Shown here piece after piece: positions 17,090 through 30,879 of a DNA stretch of 64,000 bases (within the stretch, counting starts at the first letter, position 1; each line of letters starts with the position of its first letter). Made by a program: the position numbers and the translations under genes. The notes beneath the pieces are model-generated. The model saw nothing but the letters and a program-made list of their open reading frames with translations. It did no database searches and was not told the origin of the DNA. This DNA comes from an uncultured Gammaproteobacteria bacterium (GTDB lineage Bacteria; Patescibacteriota; Microgenomatia; UBA8517), in assembly GCA_964600575.1 (NCBI GenBank), contig CAZRJH010000002.1, positions 53,627 to 117,626 of the forward strand, written 5' to 3'.

Positions 17090-19258
17090 TTAGCCTCTGG
17101 CCATAGTAACCTTGCCTGCTTTTTCGATAATTTGAGCCGCAATGTGGGAAGGCACCTCGTCGTAATGGGAGGGCTCGACATATGCTCTGGCACGACCTTG
17201 AGTAAGTGACCTAAGCTTTGTTGCATAACCTGAAAGCTCTGCAAGTGGTACGCTTCCGTAAATAACCGTTTCCCCTGCCTTTTCTTCGGATCCCGAAATT
17301 TGAGCGCGCTTACTGGAAAGGTCCCCAATTACGTCACCCATGAATTCCCCTGGGGTAAAGACCTCGATCTTCATTATCGGCTCCAAAAGTCCCGGTTCAC
17401 ATTTTTTGAATGTGTCTTCCAGGGCCATAGAACCTGCGATCTTAAAGGCCATTTCGCTGGAGTCTACTTCGTGGAAAGATCCGTCAAAAACAACAACTCT
17501 CATATCTACCATTGGAAAACCCGCCAATACTCCATTTTCCATCTTTTCTTTGACACCTTTTTCGATGGGGCCAATATATTCTTGGGGAATAGCTCCACCT
17601 TTGATTTCGCTTTTGAATTCAAACCCTTCACCCCTGCCCAAGGGTTCAATGCGCAACAAACAGTGTCCGTATTGTCCGCGGCCTCCGGTTTGTCTGATGT
17701 ACTTACCTTCGCCTTCGCCGATCTTTTTAACTGTTTCTTTGTAAGCAACTTGTGGTGCACCTGTATTGGCGACAACATTAAACTCTCTCTTCATACGATC
17801 TACCAAGACTTCCAGTTGCAACTCTCCCATTCCCGAAATAATTGTTTGTCCTGTTTCGGCATTGCTTTTGATACGGAATGTAGGGTCTTCGTCTGAAAGT
17901 TTAGAAAGTGCAATTCCCATCTTTTCTTGATCGGATTTGGTTGCAGGTTCGATAGCAAGAGATATAACCGGTTCCGGGAACGAAATAGATTCTAGTGTCA
18001 AAGGATGATCCGAATCACAAACTGTGTCACCTGTGGAGGTGTCTTTAACTCCAACGACTGCTACAATTTCCCCTGCAAAAGCCTCTTCTATAAGCTCCCT
18101 TTGGTCGGCGTGCAACAAAACCAGTTTCCCGATTCTTTCGTATTTTTGTTTTGTGGTGTTATAAACTTCTTGACCTGTTTTAATGGAACCCGAATAAACT
18201 CTCATATAAACCAAGCGTCCGACATGGGGATCGGTAATCACTTTGAAAGCCAAAGCCGATAGCGGAGCTTCGTTCTTTCTTTCTCTTGTTTCGTGTTCTC
18301 CTGTTTTGAGATTTGTTCCTGTAACAGGAGGGAGATCTATCGGGGAAGGCAAGAACTCCACTACTCCATCTAATAGAAGTTGAGATTCAGCTGTTCTGTT
18401 GTCTCCACCAAATACGGGGAAGAACTTACCTGCAATAACACCTTTTCTGATTGCTCTTTTAAGCGTTATTTCATCCGGCTCCTTGCCTTCGAGGAACATA
18501 TTCAAAGCTTCGTCGTCGAACTCTGAAACTTTTTCTATAAGCTCGGCTCGATATTTGTTGGCCATATCTGCAACTTCTGCAGGAATCTCACCCTCTGTGA
18601 GTTCGTGATCTTCGATTGCCTTGAATGTTAAAGCTTTCATTGTTATCAAATTAACAACACCTCTGTGGTCATGTTCCTGACCAATAGGTACAACAACAGG
18701 GGATGCATTGGCTCTAAGTCTTTCCCTGATTGATTTAATCGAGGATTCGAAGTCTGCACCAATAAGATTTAATTTATTAAGAACACAGATTCTCGGTACA
18801 TTATATTTATCTGCCTGTCTCCACACTGTTTCCGACTGGGATTCTACCCCTGTTCTACCGTCGAAGACCATTAATGCGCCGTCTAAAACCCTCAAGCTTC
18901 TTTCTACCTCGGCCGTAAAGTCAATGTGACCCGGTGTGTCTATAAGGTTGATTCTGTAATGGCCTGCCTCGACAGAGGAATCTTTTTTGAGATCCCAGAA
19001 GGCTGTGATTGCAGCGGAAACAATGGTAATTCCACGCTCTCTTTCTTGGGCCATCCAGTCTGTGACTGTTGTTCCGTCATCAACACTTCCCAACTTATAT
19101 GTTCTACCAGTCTCGTAAAGAAGTCTTTCGGTGGTTGTAGTTTTGCCTGCATCAATATGAGCAATAATCCCTATATTTCTGATTTTCTCATAGGAAACAA
19201 CACGGTCTTTGGTGGCCGTGACAACAATACTAGCTTTTTTCTTTGCAACTTCTGCCAT
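17090..19258 (-). CDS. fusA: Elongation factor G
   Basis: 722 aa with AHIDAGKTTTTE and DTPGHIDF motifs plus EF-G domains IV and V. Confidence 0.95.
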   Translation of the reverse strand: MAEVAKKKASIVVTATKDRVVSYEKIRNIGIIAHIDAGKTTTTERLLYETGRTYKLGSVDDGTTVTDWMAQERERGITIVSAAITAFWDLKKDSSVEAGHYRINLIDTPGHIDFTAEVERSLRVLDGALMVFDGRTGVESQSETVWRQADKYNVPRICVLNKLNLIGADFESSIKSIRERLRANASPVVVPIGQEHDHRGVVNLITMKALTFKAIEDHELTEGEIPAEVADMANKYRAELIEKVSEFDDEALNMFLEGKEPDEITLKRAIRKGVIAGKFFPVFGGDNRTAESQLLLDGVVEFLPSPIDLPPVTGTNLKTGEHETRERKNEAPLSALAFKVITDPHVGRLVYMRVYSGSIKTGQEVYNTTKQKYERIGKLVLLHADQRELIEEAFAGEIVAVVGVKDTSTGDTVCDSDHPLTLESISFPEPVISLAIEPATKSDQEKMGIALSKLSDEDPTFRIKSNAETGQTIISGMGELQLEVLVDRMKREFNVVANTGAPQVAYKETVKKIGEGEGKYIRQTGGRGQYGHCLLRIEPLGRGEGFEFKSEIKGGAIPQEYIGPIEKGVKEKMENGVLAGFPMVDMRVVVFDGSFHEVDSSEMAFKIAGSMALEDTFKKCEPGLLEPIMKIEVFTPGEFMGDVIGDLSSKRAQISGSEEKAGETVIYGSVPLAELSGYATKLRSLTQGRARAYVEPSHYDEVPSHIAAQIIEKAGKVTMARG

Positions 19259-19347
19259 TTAAGTAGATCCAAACAAAAAACTCCCTTGTGGAAGTAAAAG
19301 AGATTTTACCAACAAAAAGATCAAAGCTCAATATGATCTGGGTAGTA

Positions 19348-20127
19348 TCACCATGACTCAAGAGGTGTGCTTGCAACCACCCTTGACCCAACGTGAATCT
19401 GGTGTTCAAAAAACTCTAATTGCTTTTTACTTAGTTTGATTTTAGCTTCGGCATTTGCATTTGAAAGGTTAGTCTTTAGTTGTTCTTCCAGACTATCTGA
19501 AACATTGTTCCAGGTGGACCTGAGGTTTGCTTGCTCCTGAAGCGTAAATTTATATCCCTTATCAAATTTTTTGTGATGAAGATCCCTTAAAGACTCTCTA
19601 AGTTCTTTTGATATTTTTAGGCATTCCTGACCTTCCAAAGCCTCTTTTTGAGACGATAATATTTGGAGGAGGGATTCAAAAAAGGGCCTGTTTTTCGGGT
19701 TTTTGAGAGCTTCGGCTATTGTAAAATCCTGTGTTTCCGAAGGATCGCCTTTATCTGGTAGTAAATTCCAAACAGTGTTTGACACATCGGAAACATCTGA
19801 CCTCCATAGGTTAAATATGTCACGATCCATTATTATTGGTTGACCATAAGCAGCATGTGCCTTGTTTGCTTGTTCTTTTAGATGCGGCTCGATAAAAGAA
19901 CCGGGGAGTTGAGATGTTACAAAATCACTCCATAACAAATTACCCGCAAGCGCCTGTTCCAAAGCAGCATGGGTTGTAATCAGGCGTTTTACAATCCACA
20001 TTTGCGGATAGTGAGAATTTGCCCAATAATCGGCTTTCATTACTTTTTCTAAAGGAGTTTCGATACGAGCGTTCCCTTCTTTTACCAAAGCTGGGTCTGC
20101 ACTGAATGGAGAGTCCGGTCCGGACAT
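19348..20127 (-). CDS. Hypothetical soluble protein (259 aa) inserted between rpsG and fusA
   Basis: Intact ORF starting 11 nt after the rpsG stop. No TM helix and no known motif. Confidence 0.45.
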   Translation of the reverse strand: MSGPDSPFSADPALVKEGNARIETPLEKVMKADYWANSHYPQMWIVKRLITTHAALEQALAGNLLWSDFVTSQLPGSFIEPHLKEQANKAHAAYGQPIIMDRDIFNLWRSDVSDVSNTVWNLLPDKGDPSETQDFTIAEALKNPKNRPFFESLLQILSSQKEALEGQECLKISKELRESLRDLHHKKFDKGYKFTLQEQANLRSTWNNVSDSLEEQLKTNLSNANAEAKIKLSKKQLEFFEHQIHVGSRVVASTPLESW

Positions 20128-20138
20128 ATGAAACTATA

Positions 20139-20618
20139 TTACCACCTAAAATGGCTAAAGGCTTTATTGGCTTCGGCCACTCTTTCGACATCTTGTCTCT
20201 TTTTGACTGAAGCTCCTTCGCCTTTGGCTGCATCCATAATTTCGCGGGCCATTTTTTCTGCAAAAGTCTTAAATTCCGAATTGGATTTTGAGTTTGCGGC
20301 TGCCACCAACCATCTGATTGCCAATGATTCACGTCTGTCTCCCCTAACCTGTTGAGGAACCTGATAGGCAGCTCCACCGACTCTTCTGGGTCTAACTTCC
20401 ATAACAGGCTTAATATTTTCCATTGCTCTGTCAAAAACTTTGACAGGATCTTCGCCGGCTTTTTCGCGAATGAGCTCCATTGCCGCGTAAATTTCTTTTC
20501 TAGCAACTGATTTCTTGCCGTCATACATCGCCCTGTTTATGAGTTTTGATATAAGAAAACTCCCGTAAATCGGATCCGGCTGTGCTTTTATTTTTCTGAA
20601 TTGACCTTTTCGTGACAT
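20139..20618 (-). CDS. rpsG: 30S ribosomal protein S7
   Basis: 159 aa, S7 (…RVGGAAYQVP…). Confidence 0.9.
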   Translation of the reverse strand: MSRKGQFRKIKAQPDPIYGSFLISKLINRAMYDGKKSVARKEIYAAMELIREKAGEDPVKVFDRAMENIKPVMEVRPRRVGGAAYQVPQQVRGDRRESLAIRWLVAAANSKSNSEFKTFAEKMAREIMDAAKGEGASVKKRQDVERVAEANKAFSHFRW

Positions 20619-20624
20619 ATTTTT

Positions 20625-21050
20625 TTATTTTGCAGCAACTTTTTGGTTCATCTTGGCACCATATTTGCTTCTTCCGTTAATTCTACCTGTTACACCGGTT
20701 GTATCAAACTTTCCGCGAACAACATGATATTTAACTCCAGGAAGATCTTTAACACGACCACCCCTTACCATTACTATGGAATGTTCCGCAAGCTCGTGGC
20801 CTTCGCCTGGAATATAGGCAGTGACCTCCTGTTTGTTGGAAAGTCTTACCCTTGCAACTTTACGCAAGGCAGAATTAGGTTTTTTGGGTGTCATTGTACG
20901 AACAGCCAAAACCACTCCTCTTTTAAACGAAGAGGAGCTTTCTTTAAAAAGCCTATCTTTAGCGTTAAACCACTTTTTGAGAGCGGTTGTTTTAGTCTTT
21001 TTAATTATTCTCTTTCTACCTTTTCTGGTTAATTGATTAATTGTCGGCAT
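20625..21050 (-). CDS. rpsL: 30S ribosomal protein S12
   Basis: 141 aa, S12 (MPTINQL…[16 protein letters not shown]…). Confidence 0.9.
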   Translation of the reverse strand: MPTINQLTRKGRKRIIKKTKTTALKKWFNAKDRLFKESSSSFKRGVVLAVRTMTPKKPNSALRKVARVRLSNKQEVTAYIPGEGHELAEHSIVMVRGGRVKDLPGVKYHVVRGKFDTTGVTGRINGRSKYGAKMNQKVAAK

Positions 21051-21118
21051 GTTGGTAAAGTCTTAGACTTTAAAATAATCTAGATTTAGAAATCCAAGGC
21101 TGTATTGTATCATTCGGA

Positions 21119-24100
21119 TCACTCCTGAGGCAAGGCTGCGCGCTCCGGGGAAACCGGAATGAGTCTTCCGATGATGACATTCTCCTTGAGTCCTACAAGT
21201 CTATCTTCGCGGCCAAGAAGTGACGCTTCTGTAAGAACATCTGTTGTCTGTTCGAACGATGCTGCTGACAGCCAACTGTCTGTATAAAGTGCGCGTCTTG
21301 TGATACCCAATACAACTTGCTGAGCGCTTGCAGGTTCACCACCGGCTGCCAAAACTTTCTCGTTTTCTTCTTCGAATACGGCACGGCTTGTGAGTTCTCC
21401 GGGCAAGAAAGGTGTATCACCAGTTGTTACAATCCTAACTTCGTCGCTCATCTTTCTTACGATAACTTCAAAGTGCTTGTCGTTAATAGGAATTCCTTGG
21501 GACTCATAGACTCTTTGAATCTCGTTGACCAGGTATTCCTGAGCGGCACGAAGTCCTTTGATGGAAAGAACATCTTTGATATCCAATGGTCCTTTGGCAA
21601 GAGGTGTTCCTGAATCGATAAGATCTCCGTCGCTTACTGCAAGCTCCAAGGTCTTGGGAATAATATATGACTTTTCTTCTTTTGGTGTGCCTTTGCTTAC
21701 AACAGTTACAGTCCAACCTTCTTCGGCTTCTCCGACTCTTACTTTTCCTGCAATTTCGGAAAGTGCGGAAACTACCTTAGGAATTCTGCTTTCAACCAAT
21801 TCCTCCACTCTGGGAAGTCCTTGGGTAACGTCTACTCCAACCACACCGGCTGCATGCTTTGTACGAAGTGTGAGCTGTGTTCCGGGCTCTCCAATGGATT
21901 GGGCTGCAACAACTCCAACCGGCATTCCGATATCTACAACCTTTTTGGTTCCCAAATCCCACCCGTAACACTTTGCACACATTCCGTATCGTGCCTTACA
22001 TTCAAGAGGGGACCTAACGGTAAGCTCTTCGATCCCGCTTTCGTCGATCATCTTTGCTTTTTCTTCGTCTATAAGCTCACCCGCTGCAACCATCACTTTC
22101 TTGCCGTCTTTGCCCAATACATCTTTAGCTGCGAATCTGCCTAAAATTCTTGCGAAGAATGCGGGGGTTCTGATTTCGCGTTTGATAATAAGTCCTTCTT
22201 TGGCATTACAGTCTTCGAGTCTAACAATAACATCGTGAGCAACGTCTACCAAACGGCGTGTTAGGTATCCTGCATCAGCTGTTTTAATAGCCGTATCTGT
22301 AAGTCCCTTTCTGGAACCTCTGGACGAAGTAACATACTCAAATATTGAAAGTCCTTCTCTAAAGTTAGATTTGATAGGAAGTTCGACTATCTTTCCTAGC
22401 GGATCGACGACAAGTCCACGAATAGCAGCTAGCTGTTTAACTTGGTCTTTGCTGGCACGTCCTACTTTTGCGTCGATAACAACACGGATAGGATTGGTTG
22501 GCTCCATTTCGTTCCAGGTTTTGTCTGCCAAATCTTCGGAGACATCGATCCAGACTTCCTGAGTAAGGCGTTTCTTTTCTTCGGCGGTAATAAGCCCTTG
22601 ATCAAAGTTATCTTCGATCTCTGCAACTTTGGCATCTGCTTCTTTAAGAACATCCGCTTTCCCGGGGTAAACTTTTGCGTCAAAAACTCCAAATGAAATT
22701 CCGGACATAGTTCCTCCCAAAAATCCGAGGTCTTTTATATCATCAACCATCTGCACAACTCTATCCTTGGAGACTGTTGCATAAGCCTTAACAAAGAGTC
22801 CTTTAATAAGGGATGATGTTGCGGCTTCGTTAACATAGTCAAAGTTCTCGGGTAGAACTTCGTTAAAGAGTATTCTGCCGACTGTGGTTTGTATAATTTT
22901 ACCGCCCATGTAGACATTGATTCTTTGTCTAACTTCGATTCTGGAACATTGATAAGCATAAATAGCCTCATCTTTGTCAGCAAATACAACCTCTGTTACA
23001 GGAATTCTGTCATCGTCGCTAGTAAGGTAATAGGCTCCAAGCGCAATTTCTTTGGAAGAAGGAGTTGCAACAGGTGAACCGTCCGCAGGGCGGAGTAAGT
23101 TATTGGAAGGAAGCATCAAGCTTCTGGCTTCCTCTATTGCCTTTTCGGAAAGAGGTACGTGTACAGCCATTTGGTCTCCGTCGAAGTCGGCGTTAAATCC
23201 GCTACAAACTGCCGGATGGAGTCTGATAGCACTTCCTTCGATCAAAACAGGGTAGAAAGCCTGTATAGAAAGTTTGTGCAAAGTAGGTGCACGGTTCAAG
23301 AGAACAGGATGATCTTTTGTAATTTCTTCCAAAATATCGAATACCTCGGGAGGTCGTCTTTCGAGCATGTTTTTAGCACTTTTAACATTAGGTGCAATTC
23401 CTCTGGCAATCATTTCGCGCAAAACAAAAGGTTTAAACATCTCAAGGGCCATATCTTTGGGAAGTCCACACTGAGTAAGCTTGAGTTCTGGACCTACGAT
23501 AATGACGCTTCTTCCTGAATAATCGACACGCTTACCCAAAAGATTCTGTCTAAATCTACCTTGTTTTCCTCTAAGCATGTCAGAAAGTGATCTTAATGGC
23601 TGTCTTCCTCTGGACTTTCTCGTTGCCTTTCTTTGTGAAGCGTCGATCAAAGAATCAACAGCTTCCTGCAACATTCTTTTTTCGTTTCTAAGAATGATTT
23701 CGGGTGCACCAAGACTAATAAGGTGCTTTAAGCGATTGTTTCTGTTAATAACTCTTCTGTATAAATCGTTAAGGTCGCTGGTTGCAAAACGTCCGCCTGA
23801 AAGTTGAACCATAGGTCTCAAGTCCGGAGGTAAAACAGGAAGAACCTTAAGAACCATCCAGGAGGGGTTAACTTTGGCTCTTTTAAGTCCTTCGATGAGC
23901 TTAAGTCTTTTGACAAGTTTTACATATTTGCTGCTCCCGCCTTTTATAGCATTTATCTCTTCTCTTAGGGGTTTAACAATTTCTTCCAAGTTGAGTTTGG
24001 AAACTGCCTCTAAAACAGCATCTGCCCCCATTTTGGCTGTAAAGAAATCAGCTGCATCATGTTGGTAAAGCTCGTCGTATTCTTCTTCGGAAAGAATGCT

Positions 24101-24838
24101 AAGAGGTTTAAGACTTTTAATAACCAAGTTAAGGTTTTCGAAAAGCTGTTCGGTCTTTGTAACTGTTCCTTTTTCTTCCTCGCCTACGGCTGCCTCTTTC
24201 TTTCTGAGCGAAAGTTCGATTTCGCTGATTGCAAGTGCTGCCTGTTCCTTATCTTTGATTTTGGCCGAGATCTTTTCTTTTGCTTCTTTTTCTTCCTGCT
24301 TAAGAGCATCTTTTCTGGACTTAAAGCTTTCTATAATTTCGTCAACTCTTTCGGTTTTTGCCTTTTCTATATTTTTGACGGCATCTTTTTTCTTTTCGTC
24401 GTCAACTTCTGTTACCAGATATCTGGCAAAGTAAACAACTTGTTCGATCCCCCTAGGGGCAACGCCTAAAAGAAGAGATATCTTAGAAGGAGCACCTTTA
24501 AAGAACCAGACATGTGCAACCGGCGAAGCTAAGGTAATGTGTCCCATTCTTTCGCGTCTGACTCTGGATTGGGTTACTTCTACTCCACATTTATCACAAA
24601 TAACACCCTTATATCTGATTCTCTTGTATTTTCCACAGTAACACTCCCAGTCTTTTGTAGGACCAAAAATCCTTTCGTCAAAAAGTCCGTCTTTTTCCGG
24701 TTTAAGAGTTCTGTAGTTAATCGTCTCAGGTTTTGTGATTTCGCCACGACTCCAGGCCCTGATTTCCTCCGGGGAGGCAAAACGAACCAAGAGACTCTTA
24801 AAGTCTGCTAAGTTTTTTAAATCTGACATTTGTTCCAT
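21119..24838 (-). CDS. rpoC: DNA-directed RNA polymerase subunit beta'
   Basis: 1239 aa with the NADFDGDQM catalytic motif, zinc-binding cysteines near the N-terminus and a lineage-specific K/E-rich insertion. Confidence 0.95.
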   Translation of the reverse strand: MEQMSDLKNLADFKSLLVRFASPEEIRAWSRGEITKPETINYRTLKPEKDGLFDERIFGPTKDWECYCGKYKRIRYKGVICDKCGVEVTQSRVRRERMGHITLASPVAHVWFFKGAPSKISLLLGVAPRGIEQVVYFARYLVTEVDDEKKKDAVKNIEKAKTERVDEIIESFKSRKDALKQEEKEAKEKISAKIKDKEQAALAISEIELSLRKKEAAVGEEEKGTVTKTEQLFENLNLVIKSLKPLSILSEEEYDELYQHDAADFFTAKMGADAVLEAVSKLNLEEIVKPLREEINAIKGGSSKYVKLVKRLKLIEGLKRAKVNPSWMVLKVLPVLPPDLRPMVQLSGGRFATSDLNDLYRRVINRNNRLKHLISLGAPEIILRNEKRMLQEAVDSLIDASQRKATRKSRGRQPLRSLSDMLRGKQGRFRQNLLGKRVDYSGRSVIIVGPELKLTQCGLPKDMALEMFKPFVLREMIARGIAPNVKSAKNMLERRPPEVFDILEEITKDHPVLLNRAPTLHKLSIQAFYPVLIEGSAIRLHPAVCSGFNADFDGDQMAVHVPLSEKAIEEARSLMLPSNNLLRPADGSPVATPSSKEIALGAYYLTSDDDRIPVTEVVFADKDEAIYAYQCSRIEVRQRINVYMGGKIIQTTVGRILFNEVLPENFDYVNEAATSSLIKGLFVKAYATVSKDRVVQMVDDIKDLGFLGGTMSGISFGVFDAKVYPGKADVLKEADAKVAEIEDNFDQGLITAEEKKRLTQEVWIDVSEDLADKTWNEMEPTNPIRVVIDAKVGRASKDQVKQLAAIRGLVVDPLGKIVELPIKSNFREGLSIFEYVTSSRGSRKGLTDTAIKTADAGYLTRRLVDVAHDVIVRLEDCNAKEGLIIKREIRTPAFFARILGRFAAKDVLGKDGKKVMVAAGELIDEEKAKMIDESGIEELTVRSPLECKARYGMCAKCYGWDLGTKKVVDIGMPVGVVAAQSIGEPGTQLTLRTKHAAGVVGVDVTQGLPRVEELVESRIPKVVSALSEIAGKVRVGEAEEGWTVTVVSKGTPKEEKSYIIPKTLELAVSDGDLIDSGTPLAKGPLDIKDVLSIKGLRAAQEYLVNEIQRVYESQGIPINDKHFEVIVRKMSDEVRIVTTGDTPFLPGELTSRAVFEEENEKVLAAGGEPASAQQVVLGITRRALYTDSWLSAASFEQTTDVLTEASLLGREDRLVGLKENVIIGRLIPVSPERAALPQE

Positions 24839-24889
24839 AATTTTAGGTATTTTACCAAATTTTTAGCCTTGGTTAAGCTTCAATTTTAT

Positions 24890-28279
<3,390 letters not shown>

Positions 28280-28378
28280 TAAATTCCCGCTACAAAGAAG
28301 CGGGACTGGCGTACCAATCTATGTACGCCTAATGGGGATTATATTAGAAAATAAGGCTATGTCAACAGGTAAATATAT

Positions 28379-29350
28379 CTACTTTCCTAAATATTTAGCT
28401 ATGTTTTGGTTATGCTCTTCTAGAGTCTTCGCATAATGAATAATTCCGGAGTTATCGTGAATATAATACCAATAGTCGGAGTCTTGCGGGTTATATGCTG
28501 CTTCTATTGCGGACAATCCAGGATTTGCAATCGGAGAAGGCGGAAGCCCCGGGAATTTGTAGGTATTAAAGGGAGAATCTATCGCAAGATCGTCCCTAGT
28601 TAGGATTGGCCACCAGTTATTTGTCTGCTTACCTGCAAATCTGGCAGAAGCTACTGCATATTGAACCGCCGCATCAACCTGAAGAGGCCACCCCGAGTTC
28701 ATTCGTTTTATGAGTATTCCGGCAACAATTGATCTTTCGTTTCCTTTTTTTGTTTCTCGTTCGATAATTGATGCCAAAGTTAAAAGCTGATTTTTATCCA
28801 AACTTCCGTTTTCTGATAGGTTTTGGGTTTTAGAGTTGAAAGTGCCGGTTAGTTTTTTGACTATCGCAGTTGCACTGGCCTCCTTTGAAAAAAGATAGGT
28901 GTCTGGAAACAACACACCTTCTTTATCTTTTGTAAGATCCAAAAAATCATTTGTGAAAGTTTGATCTTTTTCAAGAATTGTTACAAATTTTGCGGCGATT
29001 TCCTCTCTTCTTAACCCTTCCGGAATGGTTACCCAGATTTCGAGCGGTCCTTTTTGCAGAGCTTCTACTGTCTCAAAAAGCGACAAGCCGGGCGAGAGTC
29101 TAAACTCTCCTGCCTGGATATTGCCTGATTGATTTGTAAATTGAATATAAACTTTAAAAGCCAAAGCACTTTTTATAATTCCGGCTTTTTCGAGTCTATT
29201 GGCCACCTGCCCTGCAGATTGACCTTTAGTTATTACAAAGGTAGTAAACTCTTTTTTAACAGCAACGGGTTTAACCACCGAATAAAACCAGATAGATAGC
29301 CCGGCGATAACCAAGAAAAATACAAGGGGAATATACAACAATTTTTTCAT
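28379..29350 (-). CDS. mltG: Endolytic murein transglycosylase MltG/YceG-like
   Basis: 323 aa with an N-terminal TM helix and the YceG core, including the GLPPSPIANPG motif. Confidence 0.7.
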   Translation of the reverse strand: MKKLLYIPLVFFLVIAGLSIWFYSVVKPVAVKKEFTTFVITKGQSAGQVANRLEKAGIIKSALAFKVYIQFTNQSGNIQAGEFRLSPGLSLFETVEALQKGPLEIWVTIPEGLRREEIAAKFVTILEKDQTFTNDFLDLTKDKEGVLFPDTYLFSKEASATAIVKKLTGTFNSKTQNLSENGSLDKNQLLTLASIIERETKKGNERSIVAGILIKRMNSGWPLQVDAAVQYAVASARFAGKQTNNWWPILTRDDLAIDSPFNTYKFPGLPPSPIANPGLSAIEAAYNPQDSDYWYYIHDNSGIIHYAKTLEEHNQNIAKYLGK

Positions 29351-29369
29351 ATTGAACTCTACTTATTTA

Positions 29370-29564
29370 TCAAACTTCTTCAAGAAGTGCTCTGCGGTAC
29401 TTTCCTTCTTTCTTAATAAAAATCCTACCGCATTTTTTGCAGGTTATTTGTTCGCCGAACTTTGTATTTTTGCTTGTACCTTCGGATAGTTCTGTTCCAC
29501 AGCCGACACATCTTCCCTGCGACAAAAGCCAAGCCTGAATTGGAGCAATTACAGTTTTAAACAT
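29370..29564 (-). CDS. Small zinc-ribbon protein
   Basis: 64 aa with CVGCG…CKKCG, i.e. two CxxC pairs. Confidence 0.4.
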   Translation of the reverse strand: MFKTVIAPIQAWLLSQGRCVGCGTELSEGTSKNTKFGEQITCKKCGRIFIKKEGKYRRALLEEV

Positions 29565-29606
29565 TGAGTACTAAAAGTATAGCATGAAGGAGCCCCTGTC
29601 AACCTT

Positions 29607-29655
29607 AAAAAACAAAAACCTCCTTGGCATCGAAACTTCGATTTTACCAAGGAGG
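29607..29655 (-). terminator. Rho-independent terminator after ORF 29666-30343
   Basis: 9-bp stem CCTCCTTGG/CCAAGGAGG (29619-29627 and 29647-29655) with a nested inner palindrome. It is followed on the minus strand by UUUUUGUUUUUU (plus A-run 29607-29618) and begins 11 nt after the ORF stop. Confidence 0.55.
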
Positions 29656-29665
29656 TAAACTTCAT

Positions 29666-30343
29666 TTACACACCCATGTGTCGTGCGAGCTGGTAGGCTT
29701 CCAGTTCTTTCTTGGTTACATCCCAGGTGCCAAGGATTGCATAAACATCTCCGGCGATGCGCTTAAGAAGGAATGGGTCCACCTCGCGCCGTACTGGTTT
29801 CCATTCTGCAACTTCGTAGAGAAGATAAACATCTTGGGATGTTTTCTGCCTCAAAGTAAGCGGAACAAGGGGCACGGGCGATTCAGCCGTTAAGGGATAG
29901 GCTAAGGATGCGAGAAAACCGACCTCCGGCAAGGTGCCCTGAGGAAGTTTTATTTCCCATCCCCATTCACTACGAATTTCTCGGTTGAATCGGCCGGAGA
30001 AGGTAACTTCGCCGTTTGAATTGACTTGAACCTGACAAGGGGTGTCACAGATACTTGAATCGTAATGCGCGACAGCAAGATTAGGATATCCGTCAGGCCG
30101 CACACCTCCAACTCTGATAGCCATACTCAAATTGATCAGGGGCAAGGCCGTCCTTGAGGCCCGTGCAATTTTCAAGATCGATTTTTCGCTCTCGCTTCGC
30201 AAAGCTGGTTTGGTGCTTTTTATTTCTTCCGCAAGATCTCCGATAGAGCCGAAGCTGGTTCGAATCTCATCAACAGAAACTTCTACAACCTCGTGCAAAA
30301 GGTTTTTAGTAGTCATGTTTCCTCTTTTCAAATAAAGGTTCAA
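29666..30343 (-). CDS. Hypothetical protein (225 aa), higher GC than surroundings
   Basis: Intact ORF at ~48-50% GC against a ~40% background, with a strong terminator immediately downstream. No known motif. Confidence 0.45.
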   Translation of the reverse strand: MNLYLKRGNMTTKNLLHEVVEVSVDEIRTSFGSIGDLAEEIKSTKPALRSESEKSILKIARASRTALPLINLSMAIRVGGVRPDGYPNLAVAHYDSSICDTPCQVQVNSNGEVTFSGRFNREIRSEWGWEIKLPQGTLPEVGFLASLAYPLTAESPVPLVPLTLRQKTSQDVYLLYEVAEWKPVRREVDPFLLKRIAGDVYAILGTWDVTKKELEAYQLARHMGV

Positions 30344-30413
30344 AATGTCTAGCTAAACTTAGCCAGAAAGTGATAATAGCCGAATGCGGGAATAATTGCA
30401 AATTATGGGATAA

Positions 30414-30806
30414 TTATTTTTGAAGAGAATGCAGGTAATTTTGAAGCATTACCGTGGCCGCGTAAGCATCTTCCTTTTCTTTAAGTTTCTTTCTTCCTAT
30501 ACCAACCTCCCTTGCTGCGGTTTGGGCATCCTGCGTTGAGAGGGTCTCATCAAAAAGGTCTATTTGTAAACCGTTTGTAATTTCGGCCAGGTCATCTGCA
30601 AAATCCTCAATTTCTTTAGCCATTTTACCTTCAGAAATTCCCACAACTATTTTTTCCGGGTTTTCTATGCTTATTAATTCGGCGAGTCTGTCTAAACATT
30701 CTTTATAACTAGGCGCTCTGATAACCTTGAAGGGTTCTACAAAACCGTTAACAGAAACAGAAACACCAACCTTACTTCTTCCGTAGTCGATTCCAATTAT
30801 TTTCAT
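30414..30806 (-). CDS. ruvX: Holliday-junction resolvase-like RuvX/YqgF
   Basis: MKIIGIDYGRSKVGVSVS… is the RuvX RNase H-like N-terminus. The track ORF extends to 30824. Confidence 0.75.
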   Translation of the reverse strand: MKIIGIDYGRSKVGVSVSVNGFVEPFKVIRAPSYKECLDRLAELISIENPEKIVVGISEGKMAKEIEDFADDLAEITNGLQIDLFDETLSTQDAQTAAREVGIGRKKLKEKEDAYAATVMLQNYLHSLQK

Positions 30807-30879
30807 AATTATCAAATTATACAAAATTCATCCATTGGTGAACTTTGTTCACACAAAATTATTAGTAGAATTTTATATG

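Noticed and set aside
19940-20524. 194-aa ORF overlapping rpsG and the 259-aa ORF in another frame
   Set aside because: It overlaps a confidently identified S7 gene almost entirely, so it is an alternative-frame artefact.
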